Origin: an uncultured virus (IMG/VR IMGVR_UViG_3300032307_000957)
Taxonomy: Duplodnaviria; Heunggongvirae; Uroviricota; Caudoviricetes
Reading direction: 5' to 3' (one strand)
Virus record (IMG/VR): IMGVR_UViG_3300032307_000957
DNA: 20,000 nucleotides
The notes beneath the pieces were generated by a model that was given only the letters and a program-made list of their open reading frames with translations, was not told the origin of the DNA and searched no databases. Below are positions 9,001 through 17,230 of this stretch, piece after piece; positions within the stretch are counted from its first letter, which is position 1, and the number at the start of each line of letters is the position of its first letter. The translations under genes were made by a program, and so were the position numbers.

Positions 9001-9130
9001 AGCTGGACGGCGCTAGAGGGTGGGGAAGTGGCTTGCGGCCCCTTCCCTGGTCTGCTATGTTCGGAGCGCTCAGAAGGCTAGCAGGGAGCGAGCAATCGGG
9101 CCCTAAGTCTCCGGTCCTTTCCGGTTCCGT
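9001..9130. other. GC-rich structured intergenic island
   Basis: 83/130 nt G+C (64%) in a very AT-rich window; inverted repeats 9023-9047 and 9052-9084. Confidence 0.75.
9033..9061 (+). promoter_or_regulatory. sigma70-like promoter (TTGCGG-17bp-TATGTT, extended -10 TGc)
   Basis: -35 at 9033-9038, -10 at 9056-9061; same TGCTATG core as the promoters at 12946 and 18599. Confidence 0.55.
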
Positions 9131-9174
9131 GAGTAAAGAAACAAATTATCATTTTATATAATTAAAGGGAAAAC

Positions 9175-9630
9175 ATGGCAAAAATCACAACAAAAGAATT
9201 AAAGAATAATATTGTTCAATGGATTAAAAGGGAAGAGATTTATAATGATCTTAAAGAATATTATTATGGATGTGGTGAATTTTCTAAATCAAACTGTTTT
9301 GACGACGTAATGTTTAAAAGACTTTCCGATCCAAAAAACTGGTTAAGAGATCATAAATCTAAATTAAAAGACGATAATGATACTTATAGTTTTGATGTTT
9401 TAATATTTAAAGACGGAAACAAAAATGTTTTTGCTTGTGATATTGATGGAGATTTTGATCAAGTATTGGTTGATTTTTACTCCGACCCGGTAAATAAAAA
9501 TTTAAGAAAAAAACTTACAATAAGAACATTTGTGCATTCTTACAGATTGTACTATCCTGATTATAGGGTAGAAGTTTTAACCGATCATAATGATGAGAAA
9601 ATTGTTGGTTGGTGTTTTACATGCGATTAA
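9175..9630 (+). CDS. hypothetical protein
   Basis: AAAGGGA SD; first gene after the GC island. Confidence 0.8.
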   Translation: MAKITTKELKNNIVQWIKREEIYNDLKEYYYGCGEFSKSNCFDDVMFKRLSDPKNWLRDHKSKLKDDNDTYSFDVLIFKDGNKNVFACDIDGDFDQVLVDFYSDPVNKNLRKKLTIRTFVHSYRLYYPDYRVEVLTDHNDEKIVGWCFTCD

Positions 9631-9638
9631 AAGGATGA

Positions 9639-10013
9639 TTGAATCATATGAAATACTTATTATTTGCAGAGTCTAAAACTAGTAACGTCATCGTTTTGTC
9701 ACCCAGTAAACAAGACGGTCCTTATAATGACTTTTTTATTATTGATAACGGCAAGGTGTCACATAATGAATATAATCAATTAAACATTACACAAGAAAAT
9801 CTATTCATATATTTTGATGAATCATTTTATGATTACTTTATTTATAATGAAAAAACATTAGTGAACAAAAACGAAATTGGTTATGATTATGTATTCATAG
9901 AGATTCCGGAAAGAGATGAGTTTGCTAAAAATTATAAAAACATAATGAAGCACGCAATTGCAAAAGCAAAAAGAGAATTTGCAGAACTGAAATTATTAAA
10001 AGAAATTATATGA
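9639..10013 (+). CDS. hypothetical protein, LKEII tag (start may be ATG 9648)
   Basis: ends ELKLLKEII; ATGA-coupled. Confidence 0.75.
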   Translation: MNHMKYLLFAESKTSNVIVLSPSKQDGPYNDFFIIDNGKVSHNEYNQLNITQENLFIYFDESFYDYFIYNEKTLVNKNEIGYDYVFIEIPERDEFAKNYKNIMKHAIAKAKREFAELKLLKEII

Positions 10014-10396
10014 AACATAATTTAAACTTAATACATGTTAAATATTCCGAAAAAGAATTAGAAGATAATATTCATTTATTTGATAAGTTTGATTGGATGG
10101 ATATTTCTTTCTACCAAACTTTATCTGAAGTATTTATAGAAAAATACTTACATAAGCTTAGTATATATTATATATGTTCACGACAAGACTTATCGGAAAA
10201 ATTCATAGCAAAACATGCAAATAAAATTACTTGGGATAGTATCTGTAAGTACCAGAATCTTTCAGAAAAATTTATACAAAAACATATAGATAAAATAAAT
10301 ATCCACATCAATTTGTTAATGCAAAATAAAAGAATATCATTAAAATTAAAAAACAAAATAAAAAAAGAAATTATATTGCTAAAAGAAATTATTTGA
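10010..10396 (+). CDS. Trp-repeat protein (3 x 23-aa repeats), LKEII tag
   Basis: same N-cap (HNLNL...YSEKELEDNIHLFD) and repeats as 6058/6351; ends EIILLKEII. Confidence 0.85.
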   Translation: MKHNLNLIHVKYSEKELEDNIHLFDKFDWMDISFYQTLSEVFIEKYLHKLSIYYICSRQDLSEKFIAKHANKITWDSICKYQNLSEKFIQKHIDKINIHINLLMQNKRISLKLKNKIKKEIILLKEII

Positions 10397-10406
10397 AAGG
10401 AATATT

Positions 10407-10769
10407 ATGAAATTAAAATATATTTTTGCGAAGTTTTCAGGAAGCACTCATGGGGATGTTGCTTACCTATATATAAAACCCTTGTTCGGGAAAACTGAAG
10501 TTTACTCTCACGAAGGAAACCCAAGATTTATACCTAAAATTGAAATAAGGTGGGTTAATGAATTAGATCCATTTAAATTTTCAGTTAAAGATCTTGATTT
10601 TAATATTTGGTTATCAGAAAAATTTAATGATCATGTAATTCTAAAAACATGGAGTGGACGTGCTCTTGGATTGCATCCATGGATGTTTCCACCTTGCCCT
10701 TCTAAACCTCCAATTAGTAAAAGTGAACAAAATAATGAAGCGCCAATCCAACTAGAGGTTGGAGATTAA
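10407..10769 (+). CDS. hypothetical protein
   Basis: AAAGGA SD, 120 aa. Confidence 0.75.
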   Translation: MKLKYIFAKFSGSTHGDVAYLYIKPLFGKTEVYSHEGNPRFIPKIEIRWVNELDPFKFSVKDLDFNIWLSEKFNDHVILKTWSGRALGLHPWMFPPCPSKPPISKSEQNNEAPIQLEVGD

Positions 10770-11013
10770 TTGGATAATGATTAACAAAACATTCATAGAC
10801 AAACATTATTTATCCATCAAACTTTGCTTTGTACAAATATTATTAATTATATTATATACAATTATTTATTTTGTCTTTCTAAGACCATCTAATTATTTAA
10901 CATTTTCTATTTTTATATACGGTGTAGCGGTACAATCTAAATGGTTGTATTATGATTATAAAAGATATATTGAAGAATATGAAATAAACTTATTGAAAGA
11001 AATCATAGAATGA
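10759..11013 (+). CDS. small two-TM membrane protein, LKEIIE tag (array member 1; start may be ATG 10777)
   Basis: two hydrophobic segments; ends EEYEINLLKEIIE. Confidence 0.8.
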   Translation: MEINWIMINKTFIDKHYLSIKLCFVQILLIILYTIIYFVFLRPSNYLTFSIFIYGVAVQSKWLYYDYKRYIEEYEINLLKEIIE

Positions 11014-11258
11014 AAAGTAAGTTTAAAATATTTTTAAAAGCAACAAAAAAGGATTTAATTTTTATTACCATTCTTTTTATAGCTTTAATTTCTTCTATAG
11101 TTATGTTTATTAATTACTTGTATAATTTGCGGTCAGCTTGGGATCTATATTTGTCTTATATAATAAATATATTAACTTCAACATTTTTCTTATATGGAAT
11201 TTATAAAGATAACATTAAACAAGAAGAAATTGATTTACTGAAAGAAATAATAGAATGA
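11010..11258 (+). CDS. small two-TM membrane protein, LKEIIE tag (member 2)
   Basis: MKSKFKIFLKAT N-terminus; ends QEEIDLLKEIIE. Confidence 0.8.
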   Translation: MKSKFKIFLKATKKDLIFITILFIALISSIVMFINYLYNLRSAWDLYLSYIINILTSTFFLYGIYKDNIKQEEIDLLKEIIE

Positions 11259-11512
11259 AAAATAAAATAAAAATATTTTTAAAAGCAACGGCAAAGCTTT
11301 ATATTAACATTCCTTTAATATTTTCAACTTTTATTATACATCTAATAATTAATAATATAATTTATTATTATAAAGATAATTACAATGTCGATTGTTTTTT
11401 GGAATTAATGATTATTCCAATAATAATATTGCATTTGATTTATATTTATATTTTAGAATTCAAACGGATTGAAGAAGAAGGAATGAATGCGCTAAGAGAA
11501 ATAATAGAATAA
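11255..11512 (+). CDS. small two-TM membrane protein, LREIIE tag (member 3)
   Basis: MKNKIKIFLKAT N-terminus; ends EEGMNALREIIE. Confidence 0.8.
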   Translation: MKNKIKIFLKATAKLYINIPLIFSTFIIHLIINNIIYYYKDNYNVDCFLELMIIPIIILHLIYIYILEFKRIEEEGMNALREIIE

Positions 11513-11787
11513 TGTTTAAAATTAAAACAATATTAAAAGCAATACTAATCACAATTAAAGAACAAGGATATTTATACTTTATAAATATAGTTTCATATAT
11601 TGCAAGCATTATTCATCTCTATATATCTGATTTACCAGACGCCCCACATCATGTTAGAGCGTTTTGTATTGTTGCATGGTTTGTTATAATGTGTATTTCA
11701 TGCATTATGACGGCAAACATATTGTTATTAATCATTAATAAAATTAAACAAATTCAAATAGAATTACTTATGGAGATTATAGAATGA
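11512..11787 (+). CDS. small two-TM membrane protein, LMEIIE tag (member 4)
   Basis: MFKIKTILKA N-terminus; ends QIELLMEIIE. Confidence 0.8.
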   Translation: MFKIKTILKAILITIKEQGYLYFINIVSYIASIIHLYISDLPDAPHHVRAFCIVAWFVIMCISCIMTANILLLIINKIKQIQIELLMEIIE

Positions 11788-12056
11788 TGGCTAAAATTAA
11801 AAAGTTTTTCAATGTAATGAGCTTTATATTTAAAGAACAACCATCAGGTATTTTGGTTATTACTATTCTATATTCCGCAAGTGCTTTTCATGTATTCTTA
11901 GCAAAAGAAAATAAAGTAAATAACATATACATTACATTATCTATATTGTTTTTAGGAATACTTTATGGAATATTGGCAACAAAAATAACAATTAAAGGAT
12001 TTAAAGAGGCATATGAAGATTATGAAATTAACTTATTGAAAGAAATTATAGAATGA
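11784..12056 (+). CDS. small two-TM membrane protein, LKEIIE tag (member 5)
   Basis: ends EDYEINLLKEIIE. Confidence 0.8.
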   Translation: MMAKIKKFFNVMSFIFKEQPSGILVITILYSASAFHVFLAKENKVNNIYITLSILFLGILYGILATKITIKGFKEAYEDYEINLLKEIIE

Positions 12057-12325
12057 ATTACAAAACAAAAACAATTATAAAAATTTATAACAAAAACAAA
12101 TATACAACGTTATATTCTCTATTTCTTACATTATACATGTTTTTTATTTTCTATTTTGTCGTTACATCTATTCATTGGGAAGTATTATCACTTCTTAGTA
12201 TCTTGTCATTTTTCTTGTTAGCATTACTTTTGATTACATCAATATCTCCATTATTTTATTTGTATAAAATTTATAAATTACAAATGAAAGAAGAAGAGAT
12301 AGATCTACTTAAGGAGATAATATGA
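12053..12325 (+). CDS. small two-TM membrane protein, LKEII tag (member 6)
   Basis: ends EEEIDLLKEII. Confidence 0.8.
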   Translation: MNYKTKTIIKIYNKNKYTTLYSLFLTLYMFFIFYFVVTSIHWEVLSLLSILSFFLLALLLITSISPLFYLYKIYKLQMKEEEIDLLKEII

Positions 12326-12480
12326 ATTGGTTTATTTTATACTTGTTTTTAATTTTAATATTGTTTATTTTAATGTTAAAACCAACAAAAGTAAAACGCT
12401 TTAAAGTTTATAAGTTAATGAGAAAGAAAAGATATAGAGATTTTATTGAACGAAAAAGAAAGTTGAGACTATTGAAATGA
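12322..12480 (+). CDS. small single-TM basic protein (52 aa, MNWFILYLFLILILFILMLKP...RKRKLRLLK), not in ORF track
   Basis: AAGGAG SD, ATGA overlaps at both ends. Confidence 0.75.
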   Translation: MNWFILYLFLILILFILMLKPTKVKRFKVYKLMRKKRYRDFIERKRKLRLLK

Positions 12481-12890
12481 TTAAAAAAAGAGAAGGTAGA
12501 TTCTTACTTAAATAATTTAAACAAAACTTAATTAATAATTTAAATGGAAATTATGCAAAATTCAATGTAACAGAAGAGGGTTGGGTTACATTAGAAACAA
12601 ATGCATTTTGTATTCCTGATTATGGTTATTTTGCTTATAGTTATGATTTATTTGATTGTGAATCATTTTTAGATATGCATTATCACATAACCAACTCAGA
12701 TATTTTGAATGATAAAGATTTAAAAGAATTTATTGATGAAGTAACTAATCTTAAAGAAATAATTGGGGCAAATTACCCTTTTAATATTGAAGGTTTTGAA
12801 ATTAATTCCAAAGAAGAATTTGATTATTTTGTCCTTGTATTGGAAGATATGCTTGCTAAGCAACTTGGGTTGACAGAATATTGTTCTTAA
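12477..12890 (+). pseudogene. hypothetical gene with a lesion near the 5' end (ORF track shows only 12675-12890)
   Basis: Coupled ATG at 12477 is in frame with the 12675 ORF, but TAA occurs at 12513-12515; the frame is open from 12516 to 12890. Confidence 0.55.
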
Positions 12891-12945
12891 AAAACAACAA
12901 ACATAATCCACTCAAACAAAACAACAAACAAAAGAAGGTTGGGGC

Positions 12946-12975
12946 TTGACAGCACCGACCTTTCCGTGCTATGCT
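12946..12975 (+). promoter_or_regulatory. sigma70-like promoter (TTGACA-18bp-TATGCT, extended -10 TGc) with upstream A-tracts
   Basis: perfect -35 at 12946-12951, TGCTATGCT at 12967-12975, located in an intergenic gap. Confidence 0.75.
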
Positions 12976-13021
12976 CTCCCTGTATCAATTGGATGCTAAC
13001 CCTAAACTATAAATAAACATT

Positions 13022-13309
13022 ATGGAAAAATTAAGATTACTTTACCACAACAACATCATTGTTAAGAGAGCCAAATCATACATTCAAGATTATTTGTTTT
13101 CTCTTAAATTCAAGAATGTTTTACATTTAAAACGTGAATATCCATATGGCATTTTAAAGCTTTTCATTAAACATGATTCATACTATTATAATATAAATAT
13201 TTCTGGCAGTTGGACCGGGTTATCCATTATGATAAACGGATACACTTTACCAAGAAAAACCAAGTCTTTTGATGATGCTTTTAAAGAAATTATGATTTAT
13301 TTGGGTTAA
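13022..13309 (+). CDS. hypothetical protein (degenerate FKEIM near C-terminus)
   Basis: first ORF after the promoter. Confidence 0.7.
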   Translation: MEKLRLLYHNNIIVKRAKSYIQDYLFSLKFKNVLHLKREYPYGILKLFIKHDSYYYNINISGSWTGLSIMINGYTLPRKTKSFDDAFKEIMIYLG

Positions 13310-13311
13310 TT

Positions 13312-13941
13312 ATGAATATCAATTTTATTTTGAAACAAGATACGGAACCAAGAAATCGCGGCTTTGTGGTACACGAATGTCGTGCAACTATTGATAATGA
13401 AGAGGTTGCTTATTTAAAAGCAGCTCTTGTTCCAAGCGAAAACTTTAAAAGACTTTATAAATCAATAGTTGATTTCCAGTATAAACTTGGAGGTATGTGC
13501 TTTTTACCTTACTATGGTGAGCTTCAAAATGAAATGTCTGTTCATGAAATTTTTTCTAATGAAGAAATAGTTCATTATTATAATGAATCTGGGTATGGAT
13601 GTTACAATAAAGTTAACTCGTTTAATGAATTGATAAATTTGTTTTATTGTGAGTATGGAAAATCGTTCAAGCAATTTAAAAATTGTCAAGTAGATAATCC
13701 TTATGTTGATTATTCTTATGTAAAAGAACCCTTTAGAAGAAAAGGTATTGGTGAAAGACTTTACATTGAAACAAGCAAATTCATGAAAGAACTTGGTTAT
13801 AAAGGATTAAGGCAATCAACTCTCCAAAGTAATGATGCAAAAGCTTTCTGGGAAAGTCTAAAAAATAAAGGTTTGGCAAAAAAGCTAAACATTCACCCAA
13901 AACAAAAATGGTCTAAACAAGAAATATTTTATATCGGTTAA
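13312..13941 (+). CDS. GNAT-family acetyltransferase
   Basis: acetyl-CoA-binding motif A: VDYSYVKEPFRRKGIGERLY; later QSNDAKAFWE. Confidence 0.8.
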   Translation: MNINFILKQDTEPRNRGFVVHECRATIDNEEVAYLKAALVPSENFKRLYKSIVDFQYKLGGMCFLPYYGELQNEMSVHEIFSNEEIVHYYNESGYGCYNKVNSFNELINLFYCEYGKSFKQFKNCQVDNPYVDYSYVKEPFRRKGIGERLYIETSKFMKELGYKGLRQSTLQSNDAKAFWESLKNKGLAKKLNIHPKQKWSKQEIFYIG

Positions 13942-13949
13942 ATCGTATT

Positions 13950-14266
13950 ATGAAAAGAAAAATCTGCATACTTGGAAATAAAGTAACTTTAAATTTTAAA
14001 CCGGAAAATTTAGTTAATTATGGCAGAATGGTAACATTTACAATTGGACCATACGCTTTGGTATTTAAAGACCAGAAATCTTTTACATTGACATATATGT
14101 TTATAACGAGCTAAGGTTTAGCAGGAGATGTTTATCAATTCCAGCTCTTGAAGAAACTATAAATAACTTTTTTATTGAAGATTATCAAAAATTAAAAGAA
14201 AGAATTAAATCACTTGATAATTTTTGTAATATGGAAAATTTGATTTCAATAAAGGAAATTATATGA
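13950..14266 (+). pseudogene. frameshifted paralog of 14263/14589 with IKEII tag, not in ORF track
   Basis: ATG 13950 frame stops at TAA 14112-14114; the -1 frame from about 14084 reads YIDIYV...ENLISIKEII* to 14266. Confidence 0.7.
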
Positions 14267-14592
14267 AAAAGACAACCTTGGTTATTTTTGGCAAAGAATA
14301 TATATTCAAAGATCATAATGCTAACGAACCGAATGACATTACTAGATTTACTTATATTGAGCAATTAGATTACGAAATCTATTTCCATTATAGAAAAGGT
14401 CAAGAGAATGAATTTGAGTGGGGCGTGGACGATTATTATGGTGAAAGAAAAACTTTTCATAAAAAAGCCGAACTTATAAATTTTCTAGAAAAAGAAATAA
14501 TAGCAAAATATCAACTTAGATTAAAGCAATTAAATGACTTTGAAGAGTTCATCGGTTTGAAAGATTGTCTTGCATTAAAAGAAATTATATGA
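14263..14592 (+). CDS. hypothetical protein, LKEII tag
   Basis: ends DCLALKEII; ATGA-coupled at both ends. Confidence 0.8.
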   Translation: MKKTTLVIFGKEYIFKDHNANEPNDITRFTYIEQLDYEIYFHYRKGQENEFEWGVDDYYGERKTFHKKAELINFLEKEIIAKYQLRLKQLNDFEEFIGLKDCLALKEII

Positions 14593-14855
14593 AAATAAAA
14601 ATATTTGAAACAGAGTATGAAGTTTTAGAAAACAAACCAGTTTACATTGGAAATATCGAATTAGAATTGGGTCGGGATAAAGTATGGTATGTAGATGTAG
14701 ACGGTGAATGCCATGATTTTGACACAATCGAAGAAACAAAAGAGTTTATAGAAGAACAAGTTTATTTGTCTTATAAAGATCATGAAAATATAATGCTTAC
14801 AATTGAAAAAATAAAAGGATTTAAAGAATATTTAACAATAAAGGAAATTATATGA
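14589..14855 (+). CDS. hypothetical protein, IKEII tag (start moved to ATG 14589)
   Basis: ATGA overlap at 14589; ends EYLTIKEII. Confidence 0.8.
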   Translation: MKIKIFETEYEVLENKPVYIGNIELELGRDKVWYVDVDGECHDFDTIEETKEFIEEQVYLSYKDHENIMLTIEKIKGFKEYLTIKEII

Positions 14856-15055
14856 AATTTTACACATGCCCAAAATGCAAAACAATCCATAACAACAAAA
14901 TCAATTCAATTGCCGGAGTTGCAGAAAGTTGCCCAGCTTGCAATTACACTTACAATGCAGTTGCATCCGGGTTCTTTGATAAAGATACGGGAAACTTTCC
15001 TTCTTTTAAGCTTCTAAGAGAAGCAAAGGTTAAGAAGGGAATTTGGGTGGCTTAA
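14852..15055 (+). CDS. small zinc-ribbon protein
   Basis: CPKC...CPAC. Confidence 0.75.
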   Translation: MKFYTCPKCKTIHNNKINSIAGVAESCPACNYTYNAVASGFFDKDTGNFPSFKLLREAKVKKGIWVA

Positions 15056-15348
15056 TGAATTTTTTAACATCATTCGGTTTAACAATTGCTTTTCTTATTT
15101 TTGTTTTCTTTATTTTACCAATTATATTTGTTTGTTTATTGGAATTATTTGAAAACCTTTTCATAGAACTTTTCCCTTTAAATATTAAAAGAAAATATTA
15201 TTTTAGATCATGGGGAAAATCTTTATTTAAAGATACTCTTTTTGCTTTACAAGTCCTTATTTTTAAGTCATCTTTAAGAAGAAGGATGTCAGTTTTAACC
15301 GATAAAGAAAGAGAAGATTACATAAAGTCAATCGAGGTATACAAATGA
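15055..15348 (+). CDS. membrane protein (start moved to ATG 15055)
   Basis: TAATG overlap; N-terminal hydrophobic helix. Confidence 0.7.
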   Translation: MNFLTSFGLTIAFLIFVFFILPIIFVCLLELFENLFIELFPLNIKRKYYFRSWGKSLFKDTLFALQVLIFKSSLRRRMSVLTDKEREDYIKSIEVYK

Positions 15349-15683
15349 TTAGAAATTGCGTTGTATGTAATGAAGAATATGATGATCAGTCAAGAGCAAA
15401 AATGGAAGCTGGTGGTTTAATTACCACATGCCCAGATTGTAGCGAAGATAATGTTGTAAAATATGTTGGTTTCCAGGCTGCTGATGGCAAACAAAGCCAA
15501 GTAACAATCATGCATTTTGATAACGAAAATGACAAAAAAGATTACATTAAATTCTGGAAGAATAACACAGGATTTAATAAAGGAAAGTCTTGTCAATTAG
15601 GGCAACATCTTTCCACAACCCCAGGTATCAAGTTTAAGACCGTTTCTGGCTTTAAACCAACAAACCATAAAGGTAAATCATGA
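15345..15683 (+). CDS. zinc-ribbon protein
   Basis: CVVC...CPDC; GAGGT SD. Confidence 0.75.
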   Translation: MIRNCVVCNEEYDDQSRAKMEAGGLITTCPDCSEDNVVKYVGFQAADGKQSQVTIMHFDNENDKKDYIKFWKNNTGFNKGKSCQLGQHLSTTPGIKFKTVSGFKPTNHKGKS

Positions 15684-16045
15684 ACAAAGAGAATATAGAT
15701 AAGCTTAAATCTTATGGAATATTCAATATTGATATGGGTAGAACCTTTGAATGTGATGATGGATGGTTTGAAATTTTAGTTGAATTTTCAGAAAATATCT
15801 CATCCATAAAAGAATCTTTAGGTATAGAATACGAAGTTACTACAGTAAAAGAAAAGCTTGGAAAACTAACTATATATCCATATTCTGACCATAAAGAAAT
15901 CAATGATTTAATTAATCTTGCCACAAATAAAAGCAGAATAACATGTGAAATTTGTGGAGATCACGGAAAAATAAGAAATACTAGATGGATAAGATCATTA
16001 TGCGAAAAACATTATCAAGAGCGTTTAAAGTATGAAAATGAGTAA
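15680..16045 (+). CDS. conserved phage hypothetical protein (ECxxGW...VKEKxGxL...CExCG family)
   Basis: FECDDGWFEIL, VKEKLGKL, TCEICG...WIRSLCEKH motifs. Confidence 0.8.
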   Translation: MNKENIDKLKSYGIFNIDMGRTFECDDGWFEILVEFSENISSIKESLGIEYEVTTVKEKLGKLTIYPYSDHKEINDLINLATNKSRITCEICGDHGKIRNTRWIRSLCEKHYQERLKYENE

Positions 16046-16256
16046 TGAAAAAGTAATTGTGGTCTGGAAAGAAAATACACTAATCAAAAACGGTTTAGAT
16101 CGTATTATTTTTCATATAGCAAATAAAAACTCTGGATATTTAAGGGAATATAGAAAAGACTTGCACGAAGATTATATTATCTTTCCAATAGAAACCCCCT
16201 TGGAAGACATAAGATCATCTTTAAATCAATACAGATTATTGAAAGAGATTATATGA
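16032..16256 (+). CDS. small 'WK..N' family protein, LKEII tag
   Basis: VVWKEN...IIF..NK..Y...YIIFPIETPLEDI...YRLLKEII. Confidence 0.8.
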   Translation: MKMSNEKVIVVWKENTLIKNGLDRIIFHIANKNSGYLREYRKDLHEDYIIFPIETPLEDIRSSLNQYRLLKEII

Positions 16257-16489
16257 ATTCAAATAAAGAAAAGTTTTACTTCATTTGGAAAAGCAATGCG
16301 GATCTTAATCATAATGATTTACATCATATTATCTTTTGCATTGTAAACAAAGATCGTAGTTACTTTAACTGCGTAGATTCATTATGGGACCCAATAGATA
16401 ACTATATTATATTTGATTCAAATACACCTATAGAGGACATAGAAAAAGAATTAAAATCATTTATTGATTTAAGAGAAATAATAAGTTAG
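16253..16489 (+). CDS. small 'WK..N' family protein, LREIIS tag
   Basis: FIWKSN...IIFCIVNK..Y...YIIFDSNTPIEDI...FIDLREIIS. Confidence 0.8.
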   Translation: MNSNKEKFYFIWKSNADLNHNDLHHIIFCIVNKDRSYFNCVDSLWDPIDNYIIFDSNTPIEDIEKELKSFIDLREIIS

Positions 16490-16497
16490 GTTATTAT

Positions 16498-16752
16498 ATG
16501 CAAGTAAATATTGAAACAACCTTAATAGAATTTCTTAAAAGACATTCCTTTTCTGAATTTAAAAGGCAAATCCAATCTCAATCAAAAAACAATAATTATA
16601 TAGAAAAAATAAAAGAAATAATTTTGTTGGAAGAAATTATTGGCATGCCAGATTCGGGAACAATATTATTTTTCGATGAAAAATTGGTATATAATAATTT
16701 TAGTAAAAATATATTATTTTCTGCTTTTAATTATATTTTGAATGATTCATAA
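16498..16752 (+). CDS. hypothetical protein with internal tag-like EIILLEEIIG
   Basis: ORF track. Confidence 0.65.
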   Translation: MQVNIETTLIEFLKRHSFSEFKRQIQSQSKNNNYIEKIKEIILLEEIIGMPDSGTILFFDEKLVYNNFSKNILFSAFNYILNDS

Positions 16753-16769
16753 TTAAGAAAATAAATTGT

Positions 16770-16985
16770 ATGATAAGAGAAATTTATATATGGAAAAATA
16801 ATGGTTATCTACTCAGTAGTAATATTGAAGGTTTAATATATGGCATTTTAAATGCCACCTCAGATTATATGCAAGATAATCTAAGGTATGGTTATGATCA
16901 ATATATTGTTGTAAAATCAAAACTTGAAAAGGATGATTTAAGAAAAGCTTTGGAAGAATTAATGCTTTTAAAGGAGATCATATAA
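16770..16985 (+). CDS. small 'WK..N' family protein, LKEII tag
   Basis: YIWKNN...LIYGILN...YIVV...ELMLLKEII. Confidence 0.8.
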   Translation: MIREIYIWKNNGYLLSSNIEGLIYGILNATSDYMQDNLRYGYDQYIVVKSKLEKDDLRKALEELMLLKEII

Positions 16986-17230
16986 TGTCAGGATATCATA
17001 TAGCAAAAATAAAAAAAGGAAAACTTGGAGAACCATCAAAAATCCAAGAAGAATTGGATGAGTTAATTGATGCTCTTAATCAAAATAATAAAATCATGGC
17101 TCTTGTAGAGTTATCAGATCTTTATGGGGCAATCAAAGCCGTTGCAGAATCTTTAGGTTCAAATATGCAAGATTTAAAGATAATGAGCGAGGCAACAGAA
17201 AGAGCATTTAAAAATGGAAAAAGAAAGTAA
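16985..17230 (+). CDS. MazG-like (all-alpha) nucleotide pyrophosphohydrolase
   Basis: KIQEELDELIDA...ALVELSDLYGAI fits the EExxE...ExxD metal-binding motif; AAGGAG SD. Confidence 0.75.
   Translation: MSGYHIAKIKKGKLGEPSKIQEELDELIDALNQNNKIMALVELSDLYGAIKAVAESLGSNMQDLKIMSEATERAFKNGKRK

Noticed and set aside
9001..9130. tRNA gene in the GC-rich island
   Set aside because: No convincing cloverleaf, T-loop GTTCGA in a proper stem, or acceptor stem found by eye.
10759..12325. Integron cassette array
   Set aside because: The genes overlap directly, leaving no room for attC sites, and no integrase is seen.
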